Origin: Candidatus Bathyarchaeia archaeon
GTDB taxonomy: Archaea; Thermoproteota; Bathyarchaeia; Bathyarchaeales; Bathyarchaeaceae
NCBI GenBank assembly: GCA_041653695.1
Contig: JBAZEV010000002.1
Coordinates: 1 to 50,528, forward strand
Direction of reading: 5' to 3'
DNA: 50,528 bases
The notes below the pieces were generated by a model, which saw only the letters and a program-made list of their open reading frames with translations, made no database searches and was not told the DNA's origin. The first letter of the stretch is position 1. Each line of letters begins with the position of its first letter. Made by a program: the position numbers and the translations under genes. Shown here in pieces: positions 16,929 through 26,570 of the stretch.

Positions 16929-19790
16929 TTGAAAGAATCAACTCATTTGCACCCAATTTTTTCGACAATTATTGTAATCATTCTAATCTCAACGATTCTT
17001 TTAACCTCAACAATATATGTTAACGCAAATTCCATTGTTACCCCTGAAGATGGTTACGGCGATTTAATGCAGTACCCAAACTTGGACCCGATTGGAACTA
17101 ACCCCGAACGCACAAGTTACAACGCTGGACCTGCACCCGATACTCCAGAACTATTATGGCAATCTGATGTCACTGCGCCTGAAATTAGTTTGGTAAGCAG
17201 TGGACTTGGAGCCGCCTATTTGGTTGCTGATGGAAAATTTTTCTGTCGTGAATCAGGTTTTGGCGCAAACACCATCTATGCACTTGATGCCATAACTGGT
17301 AGACTGGAATGGGCAACTGACCTGCCTGATGGTGTAACGTTAAGCGGTTTCTTTGGTGGAGACGCTGTGTACCGGATTGATGATACCCATATCGTAACTG
17401 AAGCATCCACCGGACTTGCATGTTTTAACTCGGTTACTGGAAGACTCCTGTGGGTTAACTCCAATGTTACTTCGGGCGGTTCTTTTGCTTATTTCCCATT
17501 TATTGTAGTTCCTGAACTGCATATGTTCTACCGCCAAAATACGCCAGTTGGTGCATATACTATCGATTTAGTTGGTTACGACACATCAAATGCAGACCAA
17601 TGTTTCACTGAAGTTTGGAGATACACCAAGGTTGCCGCGGGGTCCTCTCCGTTATGTTATGGTGACGGAAAAATCTTTGAAAGCTCGACTGGTGACATGG
17701 AAGTTTACGCGTTGGATGCTCTTGATGGCACATTGCTGTGGGAAACACAGGCCAAAAACAGCTTAGGATATGCGGCTTCTTACAGTAACGGAAAACTGTA
17801 TGTAGCCTCAGAGTCGCAGTCACTTACCGTATATGATGCAGAAAACGGAAACGTTTTACGTGAATGGGTCGCCTCAGACCGACCTTTTATGTCCTATACC
17901 GGTGCAGTAGCCTACGGCAGAGTGTATCGTCACGTTCTTGCTGTTCCATCCAGTTATTTTGCTTGTTGGGATGCCGAAACACTGGAACTTTTATGGACCG
18001 CACCCACCTCATATTATATTGGATATTTCCAGTCTGTGGTTGCTGATGGAAAAGTCTATGTTACACAAAGTGAAGCTTCAGATTTAGTTCCTGCTAGTTT
18101 TGCATGCTACGACGCCTTTACTGGACAAAAACTCTGGGATATACCAAAATATTTTGCAAACCCTGCTGTTGCTTATGGAAACCTGTACCTAGTAGCTGAC
18201 GGAATAATATCCTGTTACAGTAACGTCAATCAACCTGCTGGCAAGTCTCCCCAACCGTGGTCTAACTGGCTTGGCAACCCTGAACAACCCGGCGTAGTTG
18301 TTGGAGAGTCTGCACCCAAAAGCATCTCATCTCCCAGATGGTCATATGAAACCGGCGGTGCCGTAACCGGTGGAATAGCTGTTGCTGATGGTAAAGTCTA
18401 CGCGGGATCAAGAGATCAATACCTATACTGCATTGACGCCTATGATGGTAGCTTCATCTGGAAGTTTGAAACCGGATTTAAGTTGCATTCTGGTCCAGCG
18501 GTTGTTAGTGGCCGAGTGTACCTTGGTCCAGACGATGGAAACATTTACTGCTTAGACGCAAATAGCGGTGATGTCATATGGACAACACCTGCAGGCGGAT
18601 TCATACCATACACTAGTGGTCTTGCATATCAAGCACGGTCTTCACCAATCATTGTTGGTGGCAGTCTTTATGTGGGGTCACTTGATGGGAAGCTGTATTG
18701 CCTTAACATCAATGATGGTTCAGTAGATTGGACGTATCAAACAGGTGCTCCAATTACGACTTCTCCAACTGTTTCTCATGGAGTAGTTTACATCGGCGCA
18801 GACAACCAAGTAAAAGCGATATCTGCAACAACAGGGAACCTTCTATGGTCTGCACCTTACAACATAGGAGCCAGAAGTCCACTGGTTGTTGGTAACACAG
18901 TTTACATCACTGTTCAAGTCAGTGTGAGCTTCTTTGTGTCTAATCATTATCTTATTGCTTTAGACGGTTCTGCATATGGTGCACAGCTATGGAACACTTC
19001 TATCAGCGCACAAATTATGGGTCATGGAAACACCGCATATGCAATGACCTACTATGATAGCGTAATTTACACTCCTGCAGGAGCACAAGTAGCTGCTTAC
19101 TCTGCATTGACTGGAGAAAACATATGGTCCAAATTCCTAGGATTTCTAATATACCCTGCTGTAACCGTTGCAGATGACCCAACAGGAACAAAAGTTTACG
19201 TTGGCTCAGATTCTTACTCGATTACTTGCATTGATGCGATAACTGGTGAATCAATTTCGTGGTTCACTACTCAGGGACAAGTTGAATGTGTCCCCGCAGT
19301 TTACGACAGCAGACTTTACGTTGGTTCTGCTGACCATAAAATCTACTGTTTCTATGATGACCCAACTGCACAGATGGCTGCTACTGTAGCTGTTGATAAA
19401 ACTGATGTTGACTTAGGTGACTCTGTAACTGTTTCTGCACAATTGGTTCCAGGGCTTCCTAATGCTTCGATGATTGTTACCTTCACTGACCCCGATGGCG
19501 TTGAAACAAATTTGGATGCTGTAGCAGACAACATGGGATTTGCTACAGTTACTTATAGTCCCAAGGCTGAGGGCAACTGGACCGTAATAGCATGGTATGA
19601 AGGGGCTCAATATACTGGAATAAAATACAGTAACGCCTTCAGTGGGCAGATTACTCTGGAAGTAGTCGACACCACGCCGCCAGTCCCAGATGACAGTGTA
19701 CCCCTAGAATACATTTACGCTGCAATCGGCGTCATTGCCACATTGATTATCATAGTTGTTGCATATATGTTCCTTAAAAAACGGAAATAA
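16929..19790 (+). CDS. cell-surface PQQ-like beta-propeller repeat protein with an Ig-like domain and a C-terminal TM anchor (paralog 2)
   Basis: N-terminal anchor IFSTIIVIILISTILLTS and the shared motif YNAGPAPDTPELLW are present, together with propeller repeats. The protein ends VPLEYIYAAIGVIATLIIIVVAYMFLKKRK. Confidence 0.85.
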   Translation: MKESTHLHPIFSTIIVIILISTILLTSTIYVNANSIVTPEDGYGDLMQYPNLDPIGTNPERTSYNAGPAPDTPELLWQSDVTAPEISLVSSGLGAAYLVADGKFFCRESGFGANTIYALDAITGRLEWATDLPDGVTLSGFFGGDAVYRIDDTHIVTEASTGLACFNSVTGRLLWVNSNVTSGGSFAYFPFIVVPELHMFYRQNTPVGAYTIDLVGYDTSNADQCFTEVWRYTKVAAGSSPLCYGDGKIFESSTGDMEVYALDALDGTLLWETQAKNSLGYAASYSNGKLYVASESQSLTVYDAENGNVLREWVASDRPFMSYTGAVAYGRVYRHVLAVPSSYFACWDAETLELLWTAPTSYYIGYFQSVVADGKVYVTQSEASDLVPASFACYDAFTGQKLWDIPKYFANPAVAYGNLYLVADGIISCYSNVNQPAGKSPQPWSNWLGNPEQPGVVVGESAPKSISSPRWSYETGGAVTGGIAVADGKVYAGSRDQYLYCIDAYDGSFIWKFETGFKLHSGPAVVSGRVYLGPDDGNIYCLDANSGDVIWTTPAGGFIPYTSGLAYQARSSPIIVGGSLYVGSLDGKLYCLNINDGSVDWTYQTGAPITTSPTVSHGVVYIGADNQVKAISATTGNLLWSAPYNIGARSPLVVGNTVYITVQVSVSFFVSNHYLIALDGSAYGAQLWNTSISAQIMGHGNTAYAMTYYDSVIYTPAGAQVAAYSALTGENIWSKFLGFLIYPAVTVADDPTGTKVYVGSDSYSITCIDAITGESISWFTTQGQVECVPAVYDSRLYVGSADHKIYCFYDDPTAQMAATVAVDKTDVDLGDSVTVSAQLVPGLPNASMIVTFTDPDGVETNLDAVADNMGFATVTYSPKAEGNWTVIAWYEGAQYTGIKYSNAFSGQITLEVVDTTPPVPDDSVPLEYIYAAIGVIATLIIIVVAYMFLKKRK

Positions 19791-19795
19791 CCCCC

Positions 19796-19819
19796 GTTTT
19801 TCCCTTTTTTCTTTTTTTT
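19796..19819 (+). terminator. oligo-T terminator after PQQ paralog 2
   Basis: gtttttcccttttttcttttttttc lies directly after the stop and resembles the terminator at 4661-4680. Confidence 0.5.
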
Positions 19820-19941
19820 CTAAAAATGCGCTTTTTTTGATTAAATCTTTGACGTGTCTAACTTCTAAGTTTCCAATATGCTTTTAACGGATTCAACCAG
19901 CAGTATTTTACACTGTACCGCGCGAAAAGGATAGAATATTT

Positions 19942-21021
19942 TTGAAGATTCTGTGTTTAGACCTCAAAAAGGGTATTGCAAAGGTTATGCCCGAAACTTT
20001 AGATGACCTTTGGCATTTGTATAACATAATTTTAGAAAAAGATGAGGTTCACGCTCGTACAACTCGGCAAACAAAAACGGATGAACAGTATGCGCGGTCA
20101 ACTCGAGCTAAAAGAGTTCCAGTTAACCTTGGTTTGACTGTTGATAAAATGTATTGGGACCGAACTCTTAATCGTTTAAGAGTAAACGGAATCGTATGCG
20201 AAGCACCAGAAAACCTGAGCATAAAAGGGTCTAGGCATACAATTAACATAACCATAAACAAACCCGTCACGATAATTAAGAAAAAATGGCTCAAACTTCA
20301 CCTTGACCGTTTACAAAAAGCAAGCAAAATTACTTCTGCGCCGCTTACAATAATTTCGATTGACGACGAAGAATACTGCGTCGCACTTTTACGTGAATAT
20401 GGAATTGAAGTAAAGTCTGGCGCAAGAACTAAACTTCCTGGAAAATTTGAAGCAGAGAAAAGAACAAAAGCAAAACAAGAATTTTTCATAGACGCATTAA
20501 AAGCACTCAGGGAAGCATGGATGCCTTTGCACAGCCAAATTGTTGTTCTTGGACCTGGCTATATCAAGGACGATTTTGCTGATTACGTAAAAGACACCGC
20601 CAAAGATGTTGCCTCATCCATTTCAGGCGTAAAAGGCACAAACAGTGCAGGTTTATCGGGAATAAATGAATCGCTTCGTTCAGGTATCCTTTCTAACGTT
20701 TTGGAACACATACGCGTGGCAGAAGAAATGAACGTCATGGAAGAGTTTCTAGCGCGACTAGGACGCGGAAAAGAAGACGCAACTTATGGCTTTGATGACG
20801 TTGAACGTGCAACAAATTATGGTGCTGTTGAAAAACTGCTAGTTGCAGATTCGACCCTACGTGAAACCACAGACGAAAAACGTGTAGCGTTGGAAACACT
20901 CATGAAAAATGTTGAAGACACCCGCGGAGAAATCTTGGTAATCAGCACAGAGAATGAAGCTGGAACACAGTTGCTCTCGTTAGGTGGACTTGCTGCGTTG
21001 CTCCGTTTTCCGTTGACTTGA
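19942..21021 (+). CDS. pelA: Pelota (aRF1-related mRNA surveillance / ribosome rescue factor)
   Basis: The TTG start gives MKILCLDLKKGIAKVMPETLDDLWHLYNII. The eRF1-like central and C-terminal domains are recognisable. Confidence 0.88.
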   Translation: MKILCLDLKKGIAKVMPETLDDLWHLYNIILEKDEVHARTTRQTKTDEQYARSTRAKRVPVNLGLTVDKMYWDRTLNRLRVNGIVCEAPENLSIKGSRHTINITINKPVTIIKKKWLKLHLDRLQKASKITSAPLTIISIDDEEYCVALLREYGIEVKSGARTKLPGKFEAEKRTKAKQEFFIDALKALREAWMPLHSQIVVLGPGYIKDDFADYVKDTAKDVASSISGVKGTNSAGLSGINESLRSGILSNVLEHIRVAEEMNVMEEFLARLGRGKEDATYGFDDVERATNYGAVEKLLVADSTLRETTDEKRVALETLMKNVEDTRGEILVISTENEAGTQLLSLGGLAALLRFPLT

Positions 21022-21026
21022 ATAAG

Positions 21027-21740
21027 TTATTTTTGGAAAAATTTAGCGCGACGGCGGACGGCTGGGTTTTTGTCGGCTACTTGTTTTAGTGCTTGCTCAA
21101 ATGTTTCGTCGGGAGTTAACTCTTTTTCTATGAACACACCTGTTCTGCCTACTTCATCGCGGCGTAACAATGCGTGAACACGGTCTAATACCGTGTTAAG
21201 TGAGACCCCTAGCAGGTTGGCTACTTCTTCTTCGCATCCGATTACTGTGCTCTCTCTATGACCTGTTTGTGTTGGTTCAATTAACATGAGACGTTTGTCT
21301 ACGCCTGCGACTCTTTTGTCTTGTTTGAGTGTGTCTATTGTTGCTTCGCCTCCGAACTTGTAAAATTCTTTTTCCGTGGAACGCATTTTCACCAACGGAA
21401 AAGATATGCTGCATTGGTCAGCCAGTTCTATGTACCCTTTCATGGCATACAATGGGGTTGCCTGCACAATTTTTCGTTGATAAACACTAAAACCTGAACG
21501 TTCAAGAGCCGTTTCTATAATAAACGAGGAAGGCGGATTTGGTAAAAAAACGTCAATGTCGCTAGTTTCAGACACATCTCCTCGGGCAATGCTCCCATGA
21601 ACTATAGACCTCAAATTATTATCATCTAAAACCTGCATCCTCTGAACAGTTTTTGCTCTTAACTCCTTAAGAATAGTCCAGCGCTTCTGTGAATAAACGG
21701 TTTCAATTTGTTCTGCTCGTTTCACAGGCTTTTTTGCCAC
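21027..21740 (-). CDS. pol-beta-type nucleotidyltransferase domain protein
   Basis: HGSIARGDVSETSDIDVFL matches the GS-x10-DxD motif. Function unknown. Confidence 0.6.
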   Translation of the reverse strand: MAKKPVKRAEQIETVYSQKRWTILKELRAKTVQRMQVLDDNNLRSIVHGSIARGDVSETSDIDVFLPNPPSSFIIETALERSGFSVYQRKIVQATPLYAMKGYIELADQCSISFPLVKMRSTEKEFYKFGGEATIDTLKQDKRVAGVDKRLMLIEPTQTGHRESTVIGCEEEVANLLGVSLNTVLDRVHALLRRDEVGRTGVFIEKELTPDETFEQALKQVADKNPAVRRRAKFFQK

Positions 21741-21746
21741 TCTGTT

Positions 21747-22064
21747 TCACCTGTTTAGACTATCCCTCAACCAGTTTGCATACGCCTGTGAAGCATCAAC
21801 TATCGGAAGTGCCAATAGCTCTGGGACTTCATAACTGTGTATCTCAGTTATCTTCTGTGACAGTTTTTTGAAAAGCGTTTCATGGGACTTCATTATTACT
21901 AGTGTCTCGTTTTGTTTGTCGATTTTTCCTTGCCACAAAAAAAGTGAAGAAACTTTGTCTAATATATTGGCGCAGGCAATCAGCTTCTCTTCTAACAAGG
22001 TGTATGCAATCTTTTCAGCCTCTTCCCTGCTGCTGGTGGTCATTAATACAACAATATATGACAT
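21747..22064 (-). CDS. cutA: divalent-cation tolerance protein CutA
   Basis: The product MSYIVVLMTTSSREEAEKIAYTLLEEKLIACANI...WQGKI...HSYEVPELLALPI matches CutA. The ATG at 22064 is preferred. Confidence 0.8.
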   Translation of the reverse strand: MSYIVVLMTTSSREEAEKIAYTLLEEKLIACANILDKVSSLFLWQGKIDKQNETLVIMKSHETLFKKLSQKITEIHSYEVPELLALPIVDASQAYANWLRDSLNR

Positions 22065-22107
22065 GTCTTTTCCCAACAAAGAATACGTGGGGTGGTATTT
22101 TAACTGG

Positions 22108-23364
22108 TTAACCTATAACAACCCGAATATTCTTGTTGGATACCTCGAAAACACTTTTTTCCAACAATTTTTTCTGTTCCTCAACCCTTGTTTGAGCATC
22201 TTTATGGTCCTTCTCAAACAGTCTATCCCTGTTTTCTAATACTTTCTTCTTTCGTTCTAAATCCTTCAAGCAATCGTGCAACTCTGCTCTTTCGTTTCGG
22301 GTTTCTGATATTATACCAGATTCTGCAAGTTCACCTTTTTTACTGAGCGTTTCTCGGCACCTTTGTTGAAGCACAACTAACGCTTTTTTATTCAGGATAC
22401 TGTCTATCTGGTCTTTTGCTTTTCGAAGCCTTGTTGACTTTAGTTTCACTTTGTCGTTATCTATTGCAGTATCCATCTTCTGAAGAATAACCTTCAGAAC
22501 TGGGTATCCATCTGTTTCTGTTGCTAGTGCATCAAACGGGTTTGATACGTAATCATTAAGTTTCTGGGTTGCCTCAGGGGTTAAACTATACCCAGGGTTG
22601 TTTACTAATGTCTGAAACTTCATGAGCGGTTTTTGAAGATGCCTAAGTTCATGCCTTACTTTTTCCGTTAACTGTTCTATTGTGTCATTGGTTTGGGCTA
22701 GTTCCACTATTTCATCTTTGGTTTGTATTGCATCAATTTTTTGTTGTGTTTCTGTAATCTGGTTTTCCAGAACTATTTCATCTTGTTTTCTTGTCTCTTT
22801 GGATTCCTCGATTTCCCGCAGATGTGCTATAAACTGTTTTAATTCCTCAATTTTGGAAGAAACATTTTCAGCGGTCTCAGCCTTTACATATTCTTTGGCT
22901 AAAAAGTCGTCAAACGCTCTAAGTGAGTCCTGTGCCCGCTTTAACATGACGTCAAATCTTCGGCGCGACATTATAAAAAACGGTGAAATTGGGCGCCACC
23001 ATCTTGTTCGTTCTATATCCATTGTTCTTAATGTTTTCCCGATTTGCTCTGCTGTTTCCTTTAGGGTTATTGCAGAAATTTCTTCGGGGATTTTAATCTC
23101 TTCAATCGAACTGGAAAAACCTTCGGCAAGTTTATGAAGCGCTTTTGCTCGGCGGTACGTCTTTTTGCTGCCTTTTGCGAGTTCTTTGTCTGCATCTTCG
23201 ATGAGTTTTTCACTGGAATCTAAGAGTTCTTCTAGTTTGTTTTTGGTGTCGTTAAGGTATTTTTTTGCGTTTGCTCTCAGGGGTTCTACTAATGATTTTG
23301 TTTCTTTTTCGGTCCATTCCTTGATGGCACTTAGGGGTATTTCGAGAGTTTCCGGCATTACCAT
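22108..23364 (-). CDS. long coiled-coil protein of unknown function
   Basis: 418-aa ORF rich in E/K/L with heptad-like periodicity. No enzymatic motif was recognised. Confidence 0.5.
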   Translation of the reverse strand: MVMPETLEIPLSAIKEWTEKETKSLVEPLRANAKKYLNDTKNKLEELLDSSEKLIEDADKELAKGSKKTYRRAKALHKLAEGFSSSIEEIKIPEEISAITLKETAEQIGKTLRTMDIERTRWWRPISPFFIMSRRRFDVMLKRAQDSLRAFDDFLAKEYVKAETAENVSSKIEELKQFIAHLREIEESKETRKQDEIVLENQITETQQKIDAIQTKDEIVELAQTNDTIEQLTEKVRHELRHLQKPLMKFQTLVNNPGYSLTPEATQKLNDYVSNPFDALATETDGYPVLKVILQKMDTAIDNDKVKLKSTRLRKAKDQIDSILNKKALVVLQQRCRETLSKKGELAESGIISETRNERAELHDCLKDLERKKKVLENRDRLFEKDHKDAQTRVEEQKKLLEKSVFEVSNKNIRVVIG

Positions 23365-23488
23365 TGTTCCACATTATTGTTGAATTTATTCTTTAAAACT
23401 TTTTTTAAACTACCGATATTATACTCTATTTTGAGTAGTTACTCTTAAATAAGTTATAGATGTAGAAACCAACAACTGGCGATTACAA

Positions 23489-24133
23489 ATGAACCTAAAC
23501 AGACCAACAATAAAAATCGCAGGAGCAGCCCTACTAGCACCATTAACCATTATCTTGCAAAGCTTACACCCAATCTTTGTTACACCTTGGATGTTACGAA
23601 TCGACTTGGTTGCCATTCCTTGGCTGATATGTTGGATTATTTTTGGATTAAAACCTGCTCTACTATGTTTACTGATCAGTTCGCCACTGGTTGGCTTTGT
23701 TGGTCCATTTGCAGGTGGTGCGGTTGGAGCAATAATGAAGCCACTTGCAAGTGTTTGGATGTTTTTGATTCCCGCTGTTTTTGCATGGAAACTTGGTGGA
23801 ACAAAACAGATTCTTGAAAACAAGCGCTTATTTGTTTTAGCAGGAATAATCGCACTTACAATACGAGCACTGGTTACTGTAATTGTTAACTTCTACTTTG
23901 CTTTACCAGTTTTCTACAACCTAACACCTGACATAATCGTTGGAATGTTCTCAAGCACACAAAACATCAGCTTCTTTGGAAACTCATTAGGGCTTATCGG
24001 ATTAGGCGCATTTATCGGTGAAGTAGCATTCTGGAATATCATACAAGGAATAATCGACCTGACCGCCTCGTTATCGTTAGGGTTAATTATTTTGCGCAGA
24101 TTTCCAGGACTTGTTGAAGCGAAAACCGACTAG
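23489..24133 (+). CDS. integral membrane protein, possibly an ECF-transporter S component
   Basis: Six predicted TM helices and a Gly-rich GPFAGGAVGAI segment as in vitamin S-components. It lies next to ubiX. The assignment is weak. Confidence 0.4.
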   Translation: MNLNRPTIKIAGAALLAPLTIILQSLHPIFVTPWMLRIDLVAIPWLICWIIFGLKPALLCLLISSPLVGFVGPFAGGAVGAIMKPLASVWMFLIPAVFAWKLGGTKQILENKRLFVLAGIIALTIRALVTVIVNFYFALPVFYNLTPDIIVGMFSSTQNISFFGNSLGLIGLGAFIGEVAFWNIIQGIIDLTASLSLGLIILRRFPGLVEAKTD

Positions 24134-24192
24134 TCATCGGTTTCCCAAAAACCTTTAGTGAAACCAAAACACGTTGTACTGTAGGTGCTTAT

Positions 24193-24756
24193 TTGAAACT
24201 AGTAATAGCGATAACCGGAGCCAGCGGCGTTATCTACGCAAAACGGTTGCTTGAAGTGTTACATAACACAGAAATTGAAACTTACCTTGTGCTCAGCGAA
24301 GCCGCAGAACACATAATAAAACATGAACTTGGAACTACCAAACAGGCTCTGGAACAGTTAGCAGACCACGTTTATGCCAACAACGAGTGGGATTCTCCAA
24401 TTGTCAGTGGGTCATTCAAAACAGATGCAATGGTAATTGTTCCATGTAGCATGAAAACCATCGCGGGAATCGCCAACGGTTTTGCAGAAAACGTGATTTT
24501 ACGAACATCCGATGTAATGCTCAAAGAAAAAAGAAAACTAATCCTAGTACCAAGAGAAACACCCCTGAACACAATTCACCTAAAAAACATGATGGAACTC
24601 TCACAACAAGGCGCATTCATTTTACCTGCAATGCCTGCGTTTTACCATAAACCACAAACGGTTCAAGATTTAGTTGATTTTGTTGTCGGAAGAATCTTAG
24701 ACCTTTTAGAAATAGAAAACCACCTTTACAAAAGGTGGCAAGAAAACAAAAAATAG
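24193..24756 (+). CDS. ubiX: flavin prenyltransferase UbiX
   Basis: The TTG start gives MKLVIAITGASGVIYAKRLLEVL. The motifs VPCSMKTIAGIANG and LILVPRETPL are present. Confidence 0.88.
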   Translation: MKLVIAITGASGVIYAKRLLEVLHNTEIETYLVLSEAAEHIIKHELGTTKQALEQLADHVYANNEWDSPIVSGSFKTDAMVIVPCSMKTIAGIANGFAENVILRTSDVMLKEKRKLILVPRETPLNTIHLKNMMELSQQGAFILPAMPAFYHKPQTVQDLVDFVVGRILDLLEIENHLYKRWQENKK

Positions 24757-24760
24757 TTGG

Positions 24761-25753
24761 TTACTGCAGTTTTATTGACTGCTTAAAGACTTCAACATCT
24801 ATTTTTCCGGCTCGGAATGTTTTTCCGCTTTTTGCGTTGTTAATCACAAAAATTGCTGGAGCAAACAATCCGGGGTCAATCTTGTAGAAGTCGTAGTCTG
24901 CTTCTTTGAATATGTCCATAAACGGTTTACCGTAACCCTTAGACTTTGAAGCAGGTGCCTTCTCAAGCAATGCTTTGATTTCTTCGTCTTCAGCATTTAT
25001 TGTGTAATATGCAGTACCAGCGTAGATTATGGCGTCGTTGGTTCGTCCCATAGCTTGAGCAACTTTAGGGTGAACCGGTGCAATAGGTGCGTACCCGCAA
25101 CCGTGTGTTACTACTTTGGGGTCAAGTCCCAGTTCCGTGAGTTTATGCAATCCAGTTTCAACGATTCTTCCAGAAATCTGAACCGAACCCGCAACACATG
25201 TAGTAGGCACAAGAACCAAAACCAGATTCTTTGGGTCAACGTTGCATGCAGAGGAAATCTTTGTTATTGCTTCCTCTGGTGGTTCAGTGGATGTTTCCAG
25301 AACAAGAACTGCAACATCTGAGGTATCTTTGTAATCAATTTTTTCGTACAACTCTTTTGGCTTTAACGATATTGCCCGCGCTGGACCAGAACCCATTGCA
25401 GTGTATTTGTCGGCTTTGATTTGCCAACCCGCAAACTGAGAACCCAAAGTCGATATTGCTGGGTAATCTGTGTGAACGATAATGGATGGCAGGTCTAGGT
25501 CTTCATAGTTTTTGTAGGCTATCTGGGCTGTTCCCAATCCGCCAAGGCAGATTTCTGTAATTATTTTTCCCGCAGCATAACCGCCTTTGACTTCAATTCC
25601 TGCGTCAATCAATGTTGCACCAGACACAGATTCTTTGACTGCAACACAGTACTCTTTGGCGTTGTCACAGAGCTCTTTTGCAAGATTGTATGCTAGTTGG
25701 TTAACACACACTTTAGTTGTCAACTGTATTTGGCCCCTTTTTTTATTCTTCAT
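24761..25753 (-). CDS. mch: methenyltetrahydromethanopterin cyclohydrolase
   Basis: The length and the pattern VNQLAYNLAKEL...GATLIDAGIEVKGGYAAGKIITEICLGGLG are typical of Mch. The gene overlaps the fwdC stop by 11 nt. Confidence 0.85.
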   Translation of the reverse strand: MKNKKRGQIQLTTKVCVNQLAYNLAKELCDNAKEYCVAVKESVSGATLIDAGIEVKGGYAAGKIITEICLGGLGTAQIAYKNYEDLDLPSIIVHTDYPAISTLGSQFAGWQIKADKYTAMGSGPARAISLKPKELYEKIDYKDTSDVAVLVLETSTEPPEEAITKISSACNVDPKNLVLVLVPTTCVAGSVQISGRIVETGLHKLTELGLDPKVVTHGCGYAPIAPVHPKVAQAMGRTNDAIIYAGTAYYTINAEDEEIKALLEKAPASKSKGYGKPFMDIFKEADYDFYKIDPGLFAPAIFVINNAKSGKTFRAGKIDVEVFKQSIKLQ

Positions 25754-26567
25754 CCAAGTACTTTTCGTAGGTGCTTAACTGTGCATTGTTTGCCTTGGAA
25801 ACAAACAGTTTTCCTTTTCCATCCGTAGCATTGTCACCCGAAAATACATAGAATGGACCTGCAACCTTCTCGCTTTCAGCTTTAACTGATGCTTTGATTT
25901 CTTCAATCGAGAACGATGGTAAGACGTCTTCGGTTGGTCCAACGAGAATTATTTTTCCGTTAGTCATATGTCCACCGGCTCTTCGGGCTGATTCTCCTAG
26001 AACAAGGATTGTTCCATTTCTCATGTGAACACCAGCGAATAATCCAACGCTTCCCATTACTTTGATGAACCCGTTTCTCATGTAGTTGCCAATTTCGTGA
26101 CCTGCATTTCCGTGGATAATGATTGTTCCACCATTCATTCCTTTGTCGCTTCCACGGTATGCTGAGCCAATGTAATCTCCTGCATCGCCGTTGATTTCGA
26201 TGGTTCCGCCTTTCATCTGTGAGCCAGCCCATGAACCAGCATTGCCAGTGACAATAATTGAGCCGCCTTTCATTTCTTCACCAACGTGCATGCCAACATC
26301 ACCGTCGACAATTATTTGTCCCTTGGTCATTTGTGCGCCGATGTTTCGAACTTTACTTGCGTTTCCTTTGATGTTTATTATGACTTCTTCCGTGGTTGTG
26401 TTGTCTGCTTTTATTTCAAAAAGGTCGCCTAGTGTTAGTTTGCGGTTTCCTTCCCATGCTTCTAGTTCTGCGATTTCTTTGACTGATTTACCTGCAAAGA
26501 TGTCAGGGGTTATACTTTTTCCTTCAATTGGATATCTGGAAAAATATTTTGGAACTAAAGTAACCAT
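25743..26567 (-). CDS. fwdC: formylmethanofuran dehydrogenase subunit C
   Basis: Repeated G-x-x-G-x-x-M-x-G-G beta-helix units are present (GNAGSWAGSQMKGGTIEINGDAGDYIGSAYRG and similar). Confidence 0.88.
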   Translation of the reverse strand: MVTLVPKYFSRYPIEGKSITPDIFAGKSVKEIAELEAWEGNRKLTLGDLFEIKADNTTTEEVIINIKGNASKVRNIGAQMTKGQIIVDGDVGMHVGEEMKGGSIIVTGNAGSWAGSQMKGGTIEINGDAGDYIGSAYRGSDKGMNGGTIIIHGNAGHEIGNYMRNGFIKVMGSVGLFAGVHMRNGTILVLGESARRAGGHMTNGKIILVGPTEDVLPSFSIEEIKASVKAESEKVAGPFYVFSGDNATDGKGKLFVSKANNAQLSTYEKYLDEE

Positions 26568-26570
26568 TTT

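Noticed and set aside
25960-26232. 90-aa minus-strand ORF rich in R/W/N inside fwdC
   Set aside because: It is an alternative frame of the glycine-repeat region of fwdC, and the fwdC frame carries the recognisable repeats.
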